Shown in pieces: positions 10,425-21,960 of a stretch of 54,636 nt of DNA. The stretch covers positions 14,049,179 through 14,103,814 of the forward strand of contig NC_069005.1 in the NCBI RefSeq assembly GCF_001194135.2, read 5' to 3'. Position 1 is the stretch's first letter, and each line of letters begins with the position of its first letter. Source of the DNA: Octopus bimaculoides (taxonomy: Eukaryota). The translations under genes and the position numbers were made by a program. Below the pieces are notes generated by a model. It had not been told where the DNA came from. It saw nothing but the letters and a program-made list of their open reading frames with translations, and did not search any database.

Positions 10425-10860
10425 CTTGTGTGACTCAATGATCCTGAGAGCTGTGTCAGGAGAGTGTAAGTTCCTTGTACTGATAGGACTTCTCATGCTG
10501 GATAGTTCAAAGGATGAAAAGTAAAGTCAACCTTAATGGAATTTGAATCCAGAATGTACAGATGGACAAAATGCCGCTAAACATTTTGACTGGCATGCTA
10601 ACAAATTTGGCAGCTTGCTGCCTTAGGCCAGACTAATATTGAGCACTTCTCAAAGATTAAAAAAAAAAGAAAGAAAAGGTTTTGCATGAGGACAACCCAA
10701 TTCTACCAACCTAGAAAAAAAGCCAAGTTGCAAAAGCACTGATGACAATTCAAACCTACATGACTAAGAGAAGAGGAAACATAAGACAAATTGCAGTACA
10801 ATCCAAAAGGAAGCTAGATGGGAAGCTGCACAGGGTGAAACTGAGAATAGTCTGTCAACT
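10425..10860 (+). mobile_element. Second RTE-like 5' fragment interrupted by a truncated SINE B (-, about 10513-10625)
   Basis: Aligns by eye with 3110-3330 on both sides of the SINE (..tcaaaggat | ggccagactaa..ccaacctagaaaaaag). Confidence 0.55.
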
Positions 10861-10894
10861 TTGATATAATAAACAGTTATTTTTACCAATGGCA

Positions 10895-11278
10895 TGTAAA
10901 AAGCACCTTCAAGCATTGGGCCTCATGAAGGCAACTGGCACCTGTGCCAGTGGCATGTGGAAAGCACTTGTTAAGTGTTGGGTCTTATGGAGGGAATGAC
11001 CAAGACCTTTGGCATTATGTTGTACTTGAGAAAAAGACCCCTCAAGCCAAGGGAAATCGTAGTTGTGGCAGATACTGGTGTCACGCAATTGGCACCTGTG
11101 CTTGTGGTACAAAAAAGCATCCATTACACTCACAGAGTGGTTGGCGTTAGGGAAGGCATCCAGCCATAGAAACTATGCCAGATCAGACTGGAGTCTGGTG
11201 CAGCTTTCTGGCTAACCAGCCCTGGTCAAACTGTCCAAACCATGGATAACAGAAGTTAAATGATGATGATGATGATAT
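10895..11278 (+). mobile_element. Interspersed repeat family E (gagtggttggcgttaggaagggcatccagc module, (GAT)n tail)
   Basis: Same module at about 34790-35130 (both orientations) and 39415-39750; the latter has internal tandem units of about 65 bp. Confidence 0.7.
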
Positions 11279-13182
11279 GTAAAATATATTATTAATATAT
11301 TTTACTATTCTTGCATATTACTATGTGTGTATGATGTAGATCTATAGGCGTGGCTGTGTGGTAAGAAGCTTGCTTCACAACCACTTGGTTCCAGGTGCAG
11401 TTGCACTGTGTAGCACCTTGTGTCTTCTACTATAGCCTTCGGCTGACCAAAGTCTTGTGCAACGCCCGTCATATATATATATATATATATATCAGTATCT
11501 GTTTGTATTCCCTGCTTGACAACCAGCGTTGGTGTGTGTCCCCGTAGCTTAGTGGTTCAGCCAAATATACTGATAGAATAAGTACCAGGCTTAAAAATGA
11601 AGTCCTGAGGTCGATTTGTTCGACTAAAAATTCAAGGCTACAGTCTAATGACTNNNNNNNNNNNNNNNNNNNNNNNNNNNNNNNNNNNNNNNNNNNNNNN
11701 NNNNNNNNNNNNNNNNNNNNNNNNNNNNNNNNNNNNNNNNNNNNNNNNNNNNNNNNNNNNNNNNNNNNNNNNNNNNNNNNNNNNNNNNNNTATATATATA
11801 TATATATATATATATATGCATAATATATATACATATGTATATATACATATGTATATATGTGTGCCTATGTACATGTATAATATACACCTATATATGTGTG
11901 TGCATACATATATATATCCACACGTATATGTGTGAGTATATATATACATAATATATACACATATGTATATATGTGTGCCTATGTACATGTATAATATACA
12001 CCTATATATGTGTGCATACATATATATCCACACACTAGATAGCGTATTGAGTACTCTATTATTCCCGTTTGCTTGTCAATTTCAAAAAAATTTGTAGACT
12101 TATACTATATTTCCTAACCTTGCTTTACTCCATCCTAACAAAAGATGTTAACCTGGCGATCCTGTAGATATAAACTATTGAATAAGGAAAATAAAATAAT
12201 TTTTTTTTAGATACGGCTAGAATGCGTTTATCTACCCCTGAATTTTTAATCTGGTATCCGTGGCGCTGTTGTCGTCTAAATTGATGGGAGATAACCTAGT
12301 GGTAAAGCCAGCGTCTTTCTTTGATTCAATGGTTGAGTACTTCTAGCGGCGGATCCTCCGTCGTTAATATCAACATTTTTTACAATCAGTTTGTCTCCTA
12401 GCCTCCACAAAGCAGCCGGAAATGTGAAGGTAAAGCACCATATTTTAGTTCACAATCGTGCATTTTTTTTTTGTTTGTTTTCTACCCTCTGAATTTTTTA
12501 TGAATCATTCTGAAGAAATAACCTTTATTGTTGTGGCGGGGGTGACGGTGGTGGTTATTTCGTTAATGGTTTGAAAAATGGGGGTTCATTCTTCAATATA
12601 AAACATGTACGAAACGAAACCCCCATTATCTAATCACGACAAATGGAGGTATTTTAAGGGTACAGCGATGAATAAGTGGCATGAGCACTTTCTTTTGCTT
12701 ACGGTCAGCTAACCTACCTCGACACGGTTCCATTTAAAGTACATGCTGTATATTTAAAACCACTTGCACAGAAAGCATCTTTTCACCCAAAAAATGCATC
12801 TGTCATTTTCGGATATAATAAATAAATATCGAAGAATCAGGTTTCAAAATGAATACCCCGAATTAAAAAAAAACATTAAAAAAAAACAATTTTTTCTCTA
12901 CATGACACTGAATGAATGTTGACAATCGAAGTTCGGGAATATAATTTTAATTGATTTTGTAAACCCTTTGACAACTATGGAATTCGCTCAAATATTTCAT
13001 TATAACCGCCTTTACAATTATTTTATTCAATTTTTGTTTTACATCCTTCATTTCTTTTCACATTTTGTTCGTAAACCGAATAAAATATATATTCACTTTT
13101 GATTGTCACCATTCATTTTTAATGTCACGTAAAATTTCCCCCATTTCTATTCGCTCACAAATGAGGTTGTCCATGGTCAGCC

Positions 13183-13221
<39 letters not shown>

Positions 13222-13500
13222 GTATATATATATAGAACTGACTGTCCTTCTGCTAAGTGACAAAAATTTATATCCATTTTTTTTTTGTCTGAGAATCTCA
13301 CGTCGTAAGAATTTCACTGTAAAAATAAATCGCTTTTCGCATTTATCATCCTTGATTTTTCTTTTTGTTCTTCAGAAATAGTTTCTCCCTCTTTTAGGAA
13401 TTCTTACCAACCAGTTTGTGTCCCTGTTTGAGAATAGGTTTTTTTTTTAAATAAATCCTAGCCACCAAATAAGTCTGTAGACAGTAGATAGATGTGTGTG

Positions 13501-13537
<37 letters not shown>

Positions 13538-13789
13538 TATATATTTTAACATCTTATTGGAAATAGCGAAATCAGAGATTCCTTGCTAAAACAATTTGTA
13601 ATATAAAACTATCCAATCTAGTTATCCATTTAACTTATATCGAGTCCTTTTTGGATTTCTAGCTTTCTTGATCTTTAACTAAACGTATATATGTATAATG
13701 TATGTATATATACATACACACACACACACACACACAATTTCTGGACCATAAAGAGCCATTGCTGCTGTCTCTGAGAACCAAGTCCCACT

Positions 13790-14290
13790 CACACTCTGTT
13801 TTCCTCTCTGTCTTTCTTGCAATATCTCGCTATACCTTCTTTCTAATTACTCCAGCTCTGTGCCTCCCCTTTTCCCTCTCCTACATATTTCCTTTTTCAT
13901 TTTTTTTTTCTGTCTTCTTAATCCATCTTTCACTCTCTCACTCACATCTCCGCCTCCTTCTGCCCTTCTATAATTTGTATAATTTTTCCGTCCTCCTTCT
14001 CTCTCTCTCTCCTCTTGCTTTTACCCTTTTCCAATCTTTCCCTCCCTCTTTCTTTGTGTTTTACCTTATTCTTCATTTCTTTCTCTCTCTCCAGTTTTTA
14101 TTCTCACCTTTTCTCTTTCTTTCTTTCTCCCTCCTCCTCTCTGTAACCCTTCCTTATCATTATATATATACTCTTCCTTTTTTTCGTCTTCATCCATTTG
14201 CTCTTCCCTCTCCCGTCAACATTTCACACTCTTATTTCCTTCCTTCATATTTTCACCCCCCCCCACTCCTTCATGTTTCTGCCTTCTCTT
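13790..14290. repeat. Polypyrimidine (CT-rich) low-complexity tract of about 500 bp
   Basis: Directly visible; explains the 305-aa F/L/S-rich ORF 13702..14619. Confidence 0.9.
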
Positions 14291-15454
14291 CGTATACATA
14301 CATTTTTAGTTATATATACGAAACACATAGATACAAAATTTCCACACACACACACACACGTATATATGTATGTATTTCCATTACCTTTCTGTGTTCACTA
14401 CAAGAAGAAAAGAACCTGACCTCCCTATTTTTTCGCCGTCATTTGAACAAAAATGAAAAATCTATGACGAGCGCGGTTACAGGAATTCATACCCGAATCT
14501 ATATTCGCCATCATCGTGATACCCTCGCTTTTATATCACCTAGACTGAACACACACACAGTATATATCAACGACCTATCGATAGAAGGTAGTCTGCCGAA
14601 ATCCGGGCTAATGTTTTAATGGTCCAGTAGCGAGGTCAACGTGTCGACTGTTTTTTTTGTTTTTTTTCCCCAGTCGTTTTCCTTTACTCTTTCCCCATTC
14701 ACTGTTATCTTTCTCTGCCTGCCACCCCGTTATTCTTGGTACTCGGGTGGTGATTATTGCTACTGTGTTTTTCTTTTTTAGATGAGAAGAATTGAAATGT
14801 AGTTGGTGTGGGACCCACTTGGGTTGTGTGTGTAATAAATAAATATAAATATATATATATGTATATATATACATATACATACACACACCTCTCAGGGCAT
14901 GGTTAAGTACAATCTAACTGCATCTACATTTTTTGCCAATCAACGTGTTGTGTGCTTTTTTTTTTTAAATATTTTTCTTTCTGAGCTAAGGGAAGATTAG
15001 ATTTGTTTCTTATCCCCCATTTTAACATTGTTCTCATGTTTTACCAAAAGAGAGAGAGAGAGAAGATGGCGTTTCGTCTTTGATTTCAGATTACTGACCA
15101 AGCACTCACACACACAGTTCTCTCCTTCTCTCTCTTTCACAGTTCTCACACATTTAAGCAATGTGTGTGTGTGATTGTGTTTGTACTTGTCATTGATCTG
15201 AAACCAGGTGAAACGCTACGCAGACACACACACACACACGTGTGCGTGTGTGTGTGTGAATAACGTTACACAAGGCGAGAGGAACAGCGAAATAATTTAC
15301 ATTAAAAAATACATATTGATATCTTCTATCCTTCATTCATTTGATTTTCTTTTCTGATGCTTAATTGGTTGTTATATGATGTGTGTATAGTCTTCGGTGT
15401 TCGTTACACGCAGAAGGTACATTTGATCACATTTTAACCATCTATCTATTCACA

Positions 15455-16040
15455 TACCTTGGAACTAAAATCGCGAAGGAAGGTCTGTCCACAAGTTATG
15501 TTCATGTCCGAATCGGCAAAGCCTGGGCAGCTCTAAATAAATTATCAACGGTCTGGAAATCTAAACTTCCATTAAATTTGAAACGTAATTTCTTTCGGGC
15601 GGTTGTGCAGTCAATTCTGTTTTATGGATGTACAGCATACTCTAACAAAGGCTCTTGAAAAGAAAATTGACGGAATTTATACAAGAATGCTTTGAGCTGC
15701 TCTGTACATCTGCTGGAGACAGCATCCTACGAAAGAACTTCTCTATGGTAATTTACCACGAATGTCATACGTCATCAGGGAAAGAGGAACAAGCTTCGCT
15801 GGACTATTATTGCTGGGAAGCAATGGATGAGATCATCAGCGTTCTTCTTTGAGAAGCGAAGCAAATGTTGGTAGACCTCTCCGAACCTACCGACATAAAT
15901 CAACTGTGCGAGGACTCCGAGTGCACTCGAGAAGACCTGCCACGTGCAATGCCGGACCGAACAGACTGGAGACAACGAATCATGACGACTCGTGCAATAA
16001 ACACGGCCGGATGATCTATCTGTCTATCCATCCATCCGAT
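15455..16040 (+). mobile_element. RTE-clade non-LTR retrotransposon, 5'-truncated 3' fragment
   Basis: YLGTKIAKEGLSTSYVHVRIGKAWAALNKLSTVWKSKLPLNLKRNFFRAVVQSILFYG is the typical post-RT region. It continues with frameshifts (..WRQHPTKELLYGNLP.., GRPLRTY.., DRTDWRQRI) and ends in a (TCTA/CCAT)n-like tail. Confidence 0.85.
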
Positions 16041-16452
16041 CGACAGTACTTGCTAAGAATAATACCCCTTTACCGTAACCATATAACTCTAAGAATTTTT
16101 CTTTTTAACCAATGAATTTTTCGGAAGGACCTATCCCATTAGCAACCATGTTACCCTTAATATTGATTTCAGTCTTGAAGAGAGAGAGTGTGTGTGTGTG
16201 TGTGTATCTATTCATTCAGCACTACATTGTCAACATCCTAAGGCTGGAATACAAAGTCGCCCCTGGTAAGGCCTCGACTGATGACTTTAAACCAGTATCG
16301 CAAGACATTTTATTTACTCCAGTAACCTTCTACTGACTCTGCCGATAATAATCCCGACGTCATTCACTCACACAACCTTCCTTCATGACAAATAAAAGAG
16401 AGATTAGGTTGCAAAAGAGGGTGAATGACGTCGTCTTCTCATGTCGACTTAC

Positions 16453-16493
16453 AGATATCGAAGGATCGCCATAATCCTCAGTATTCAGCTTCC
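16453..16493 (-). other. Candidate 41-nt exon (5' UTR or first coding exon) of an unidentified minus-strand gene
   Basis: Acceptor cattttccag|G, donor CT|gtaagt; contains attATGGcg. Confidence 0.35.
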
Positions 16494-16540
16494 CTGGAAA
16501 ATGCTTAGTTATCATAAGGAAAATAGCATTATTGTTATGA

Positions 16541-16760
16541 TGGCGAGTTGGTAGAATCGTTACAGCGCCGGGCAAAAATGCTTAGCGTCATTTCATCCGT
16601 TTTTACGTTCTGAGTTCAAATTCCGCCGAGGTCAACTTTGCCTTTCATCCTTTCAGAGTTGATAAATTAAGTACCAGTTGCGTCCTAGGGTCGATCTAAT
16701 CGACTGGCCCCTCCCTCCAAATTTCAGGCCTTGTACCTATAGTAAAAAGGATTATTATTA
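16541..16760 (+). mobile_element. SINE family B, best-preserved copy (CpGs intact), followed by partial copies to about 17170
   Basis: gatggcgagttggtagaatcg..ctgagttcaaattccgccgaggtcaactttgcctttcatcc..ggattattatt. Confidence 0.88.
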
Positions 16761-17613
16761 AGGCGGCCAGTTAGCAGACCCGTTAGCGCGCCGGACAAAA
16801 TGTTTTGCAGTATTTTGTTCCCGCTCTTTTCGTTCTGAGATCAAATCCTGTCAAGATCTGGGGTTCGATGTAATCACGTAACTTGTTCTGTCCAAAAACC
16901 CCTAACTTTTTTCGTAAATGAGAAGCCATTACTATTTGTTAGTTATAATAAACCCCGAATAATCTGGTTGGTTTCTGTCAACAACCACCGCCATGTGGAT
17001 GGTAAAATTATGGAGGGGAGTCGGATGGCACAAGTGTGTCCCAGGCACAAATGCTTTGTTGTAATGTTTGTTAGGTCCTTTTGCATTTGAGTTCAAATCA
17101 TGCCGGGATCAATTTTTCTTTTCATCTCATCAGTAGTAGAGTCGATGTGGTCGTAGCCTCAGCCTCTATAAGAAATTATTAAAAAAAAATTACCAGCTGT
17201 GTCTTATAATTATGTTGTTTTAGTTTTTATTGAACAGTCATGAAAAGCGTTCTTCCGGTGACCATTTGTCTAACGAGGACTAAATTGTCAAACGTGTTGT
17301 TTTTTAAAGATTCGAGAGAATTTTGCTATTATTTCTAGCTGGCCGAGCGATCACAGAGAAGCATCCTTTATACCTGTATAATGGGGATTACTTCTCGTTC
17401 TTATTTCTTGTTTTTTTTTTTTTTTCGTGTTTGTGTTTATTAATTTTGATTGTATTCAACCCCTTCTGTCTTATTCCTGACGTAGATTCATTCAGTTATT
17501 TTTTTTTGTCTTCTGCAAAGTTTGCACTTTAACTTCGATAACCTCGGGTCTCGTAATACTTTGTCAAAACACCATTGACGAAGTTCTTTCCATGTATGGT
17601 AAACAGAACTTAC

Positions 17614-17720
17614 GTCTTTGTGTTTCTTCTCCTCCTCCTCCCCTTCATGGATTTTGACATATGCGGAGCTGAGATGTCTTGCAGTGAGACGTCGTATTTT
17701 ACACTTAACTTCAAAGGTAT
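17614..17720 (-). other. Candidate 107-nt 5' exon of an unidentified minus-strand gene
   Basis: Acceptor tatgttag|A, donor AC|gtaagt. An upstream donor CAG|gtacgt follows position 19312. Confidence 0.3.
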
Positions 17721-18618
17721 CTAACATAATATGCCCACCTGTATGTAGGTCTATATGTGTATGTATGTTTATGCATATCATCTGTAAATTTCGTATCAGT
17801 CCCTAGCTATAAATGTCAAATAATTTCCTTTACACCCTCCCTGTACACCTGACCTAATTATACATGTTAGAGTGAGTGTGCGCCTCTCTTTATGTATGTG
17901 CATGCATTTTTTTTTTTTCGTGTTTCAGTCATTAGACTGGCTGTGCTGGGGCACCTCCTTGAAGGGTTTAGTTGAACAAATCGATCCCAGTATTTTTCAT
18001 TTTGTTATCTTATTCTACCGATCTCTTTTTGCCGAACTGCCACAGAGACATTAAACACCGGTTGGTGGGGTATAAACACAGTAACACACACACACACACA
18101 CACACGTGTGTGTGTGTTAGGCTGCTTTCAGCTTCCGTTTGCCAAATCTACTCGTAGGGATAGTGGAAGACACTTGCCACGCAGTGGGACCGAACCCAAA
18201 CCCACGTGCTTTGGAAGCTAATTTCTTAGTACAGCCACACTTGCATCGGTGTGTGTGTATTTGGTGGTAACTAAGTCCACAACGTATTTTTCGATTTCCT
18301 TTCCAATTGTTGACATTTCACTCGTCTAATATCCCTTCCATCACCCAAGAAAGGCATGAAGGCTGTACAGTCTCATTTCTTCCACCTCCACCTCGTGTCC
18401 CATCAACTCCACCTTCACCTTTTAAATCCGAAACCTAGATGGTTCCTAGAATAAAGGTTATTAGCATGTACATGTATAATAATGTGTGCCGTTGGATAAC
18501 AGGAGGTGTTTAATTTCCATTAAGGAAAGGAAACCAGGGTTCGATGTCAGTCAGTAAGTAGCTGGCTCGGCTCTTTTTTATTATTTTCTTTCTTTTTTTT
18601 TTTTTGCTATTTTACAAG

Positions 18619-18669
18619 CAACCTGAATGTGTTAGGGTTGTCGACGTGTGAAATGGAGATTATACCACA
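18619..18669 (+). other. Candidate 51-nt exon preceded by a 65-nt mini-intron (18554-18618)
   Basis: gtaagt..long poly-T..acaag intron, then donor CA|gtaaga at 18670. Confidence 0.35.
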
Positions 18670-18917
18670 GTAAGATAAATACTGTGCGCAGAGTCGATAA
18701 CATGACTCAGCTTCAATTGCTTGGCTAAATTTTTTTTTCTTTCAAAGTGTCTGTTTACTGGGCATACATACACGGACGTGCACACAGACAGTCTGTCTAC
18801 TTTTATAGTCAAAAGTACAGTACAGAGAGAAAGAGACAGATAGACAGGCAACATTTAGATATGTAATGTGTACAGATTGTGTCTGTCTACATTGCACAAT
18901 ATGGTTCTCATTTCAAC

Positions 18918-18979
18918 ATAAAATTTCCTGCTGTTTATTAGTGACAAATATATCACTAATAAACAACAGGAAGTTTTAT
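18918..18979. ncRNA. Pre-miRNA-like hairpin candidate
   Basis: 27-bp stem (18918-44 with 18953-79) with one G-U and one mismatch; 8-nt loop caaatata. Confidence 0.3.
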
Positions 18980-21651
18980 ATATATACTTTTTTATTAAAG
19001 CATCATTACTCTACCTTCGGTATTCGAGTACTATTTTTCCCCACCTTATTTTATAGTATGTCCGCATATATACATACGTATATAACAGACACATTCACTC
19101 GCTGAAGTATGTGTGTGTGTGTATGTGTTATATTCACACGTGTGAATTTTCATACCGTTAAGTTTTCTCTTCCCCTAAACTTCACCAAGTCATAACCAAC
19201 ACTCACTGTGTTACTAGCTGTAAACAGTGTATATAAAATATCGACTCAGTATTTTCTAATCTTTTGTCTCTTTNNNNNNNNNNCCGCCAACATTTTACGT
19301 CCACCACGTACCTGTCTTATCTGCGCTGCCTGATAAATCCCTTTTTTTTTTTGTTTGTTCCCGAACTGACTGTGAGTGTGTGTGTTGCTATCCGTGTAGC
19401 TTGCCCTCATTTCTTTTCCTATGTTACTACTGTTGCTTAGCCAGAAATATAACTATTGACTGGATTCTCTAGTCCCATCAAAACGTTTGCAATTTAATCT
19501 GTTTTGTCCGTCTCTCTGGACTTATACCTCTTTCTCTCGCTACTGATGTCTTCATATTTTTATTTGAAGAGGAATAAACCTCCCCCCNNNNNNNNNNNNN
19601 NNNNNNNNNNNNNNNNNNNNNNNNNNNNNNNNNNNNNNNNNNNNNNNNNNNNNNNNNNNNNNNNNNNNNNNNNNNNNNNNNNNNNNNNNNNNNNNNNNNN
19701 NNNNNNNNNNNNNNNGATTTGTATATTTTTTTGTATGGCCTTATTTTTTCTTGCCCTCCCCCTTAATATTTCACCATTCTCCGTACTTCGTTTCTTTCTA
19801 ACCCTCACTTCTCCCTGTCTGTCTCTCTCTCGTGTGTGTGCATTTATGTATGTCTCTAGCTTTATCTCATTAAAAAAGATATTTGTTTCAGTGTTAAATT
19901 ACTTATTGTTTTTGTTTTATTTCTCGTAAATCCCTGCCCCCCCCCCATATCATCGTTGTTACAGTTAAGGTATTCATTCCATTGGGGTCTTTTCAAAACA
20001 GGAAGATAAAAATAAAAACATAATAATAATAATAAAATCAGAGCCTTCACTACTATTGCTATAGTAGTACGAAAGTATCGTCTATCAGTAACGAGACAAC
20101 CATTAGACCTCTAATGTTTTTAATTACCTTCTTGAAAAACCAGAGCCTAATTAAAACAAGGAATAATAAATGGAGCAATATGGTGATTTGTTTTGTCTTG
20201 AGTATTTTTCTGTCTTACCTCAATATTATCTATATTCGACTGGGTTTCCCTCATTATCTAGTTTCTTTCAGAGAGCATAATTCTCTCCACCAGAGCAACA
20301 TGAATCTTCCCACTGAGGTAGATTTACGTTGGCTTATGGAAGAAGTTTCACCCAGTCTGAATTTCTCTGTTCTTTAGATTTGTTTCCTTAATATATATTT
20401 GTGCGTGTTTTCTCAGTTTTACACACACACAATAAAATACCCATATATTTTTCATTATATTTGCTATATATAACACTTTACATCTTGTTAGTTTCTGGGT
20501 GTTATTGTAGTTTGTTTTACCAAGGGTCACCCCTGAACCAGGAGATCTTTAATGAACAATGTCCTGGCTATAACCTAAATTTCCGAATATGGTATGGAGG
20601 CACCAGCATGGCTGTGTGAGTCACTGTCATGATTTTGGGTTCAGTCCCACTGCATGGCATCTTGGACAAATGTCTACCATAACTACGGGCTAACCAAAGC
20701 CTTGTGAATGGATTTGATTGACAGAAAGAAGCCCTGTGTGTGTGTGTGTATTTTTGACTCTTTGTCTTCACATGTAATAGCTGTGAATGAACATCACCTT
20801 ACAAGTGATGTCATTTGTTTCCAATCATTTATGAAAATATGCTTAACTGTGAGGAAATACCACTTTGCTTGGAAACGGGTAAGGGTTGACTGCAAGGTAG
20901 GCATCTGACTGTAGAAAACCTGCCTTAGCAAAGCATGCCTGATTCATGCAAGTATGGAAAGGTGAACATTAAAAAGATCATGCATACACAAACTGGCTTC
21001 TCTCAGTTTCCATCTATCAGATCCACTCACAAGGTTTTGGTTGGCCTAGGGCTATAGTAGAAAACACTTGCCCAAGGTGCCACACAGACTGAATCTGGAA
21101 CCCTGTGGTTGGGAAGCAAACTTGCCTAGCCAGTAATATTGGTTTCTAACACATTTCTTTATTTATATTGCATTAACTTTTGTTTGGCACTCTTTCAGGA
21201 TAGGCTTGTCAATGAAATATGGCACCAATCAAATACTGGAATTGGCTTCATTAATTTTACTCTGTCCTAAAATTTTTGACATTCCATTATTAGAAATCCA
21301 TTTGTTCATTTCTTTAACATCTGTTTTTTCATGCAAGCATGAGTTAGATGCATGTTCTGTTTTCATACAGGGAACTTTTTTATGTTCCAGAGGCCTTCAA
21401 AAGCTGCAGAGCAACTGGTCGTATTATCAATTATGAACATCATTACTACCTGTTTGCTCAAGTCATGTCCCCCCCCCCACACACACACACATGTGGCCTT
21501 GGGTTCAGTTCCACTATGTACCTTCAGCAAATGCCTTCTACTGCAGCCCTGAGTTGACCCAAGGCCTTGTAGGTGGACTTGTTGGACAGAAACTGAAAGG
21601 AGCCCATTAAGTGGGCTCTGAAAATGGCCTCACAAGAATTTTAATACAAGG

Positions 21652-21858
21652 AAATAGAATGATCAAACTTTATTCCAAATCTCTACAATTGTTTCAGCAC
21701 ATTAGTATCAGCTGGTAATTGCTGATTAGGGTGAGTTAGGGTCCAGTGCTCTTGTTGGACCATCTTAATGCAATAGTGTAGTGTGTATTATGTGCAATAT
21801 TCAACTGATACGCTGAAACAATTGTAGTGATTTGGAATAAAGCCTGTCCATTCCATCT
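21652..21858. mobile_element. MITE with long imperfect inverted arms
   Basis: tttattccaaatctctacaattgtttcagc (from 21669) pairs with gctgaaacaattgtagtgatttggaataaa (21812-21841) with 1 mismatch; similarity extends inward and outward. Confidence 0.75.
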
Positions 21859-21893
21859 TCTGATAAAAATTCATTTGTATAAACTGCAGCTAT

Positions 21894-21960
21894 TCACAGA
21901 TTTCCAGTGTATGTCCAGTAAAAGAAGTTCTCTTGTATGATAGCATTTGGTAGCTGATAC
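21894..21960 (-). CDS. Candidate terminal coding exon (..YQLPNAIIQENFFYWTYTGNL*), unidentified protein
   Basis: Strong acceptor ctttccaaagctcctctacag|G; phase-compatible with candidate exons at 29119-29163 and 29239-29287. Confidence 0.3.

Larger units (their letters stand above)
12050..20100. promoter_or_regulatory. CpG-retaining domain, candidate unmethylated promoter / TSS region
   Basis: CG dinucleotides are visibly frequent here and scarce in the flanks. Contains ETS-type ccggaa/cttccgg (about 12416, 17246), YY1-type aagatggcg (about 15063) and CRE-like acgtca motifs. Judged by eye, not computed. Confidence 0.55.

Noticed and set aside
13702-14619. 305-aa ORF, the longest gap-free ORF
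   Set aside because: Read-through of the CT-rich tract; F/L/S low complexity with no domain features.
17488-17781. 97-aa minus-strand ORF (..WKELRQWCFDKVLRDPRLSK..)
   Set aside because: It reads through a strong gtaagt donor and starts in (TG)n; no recognisable homology.
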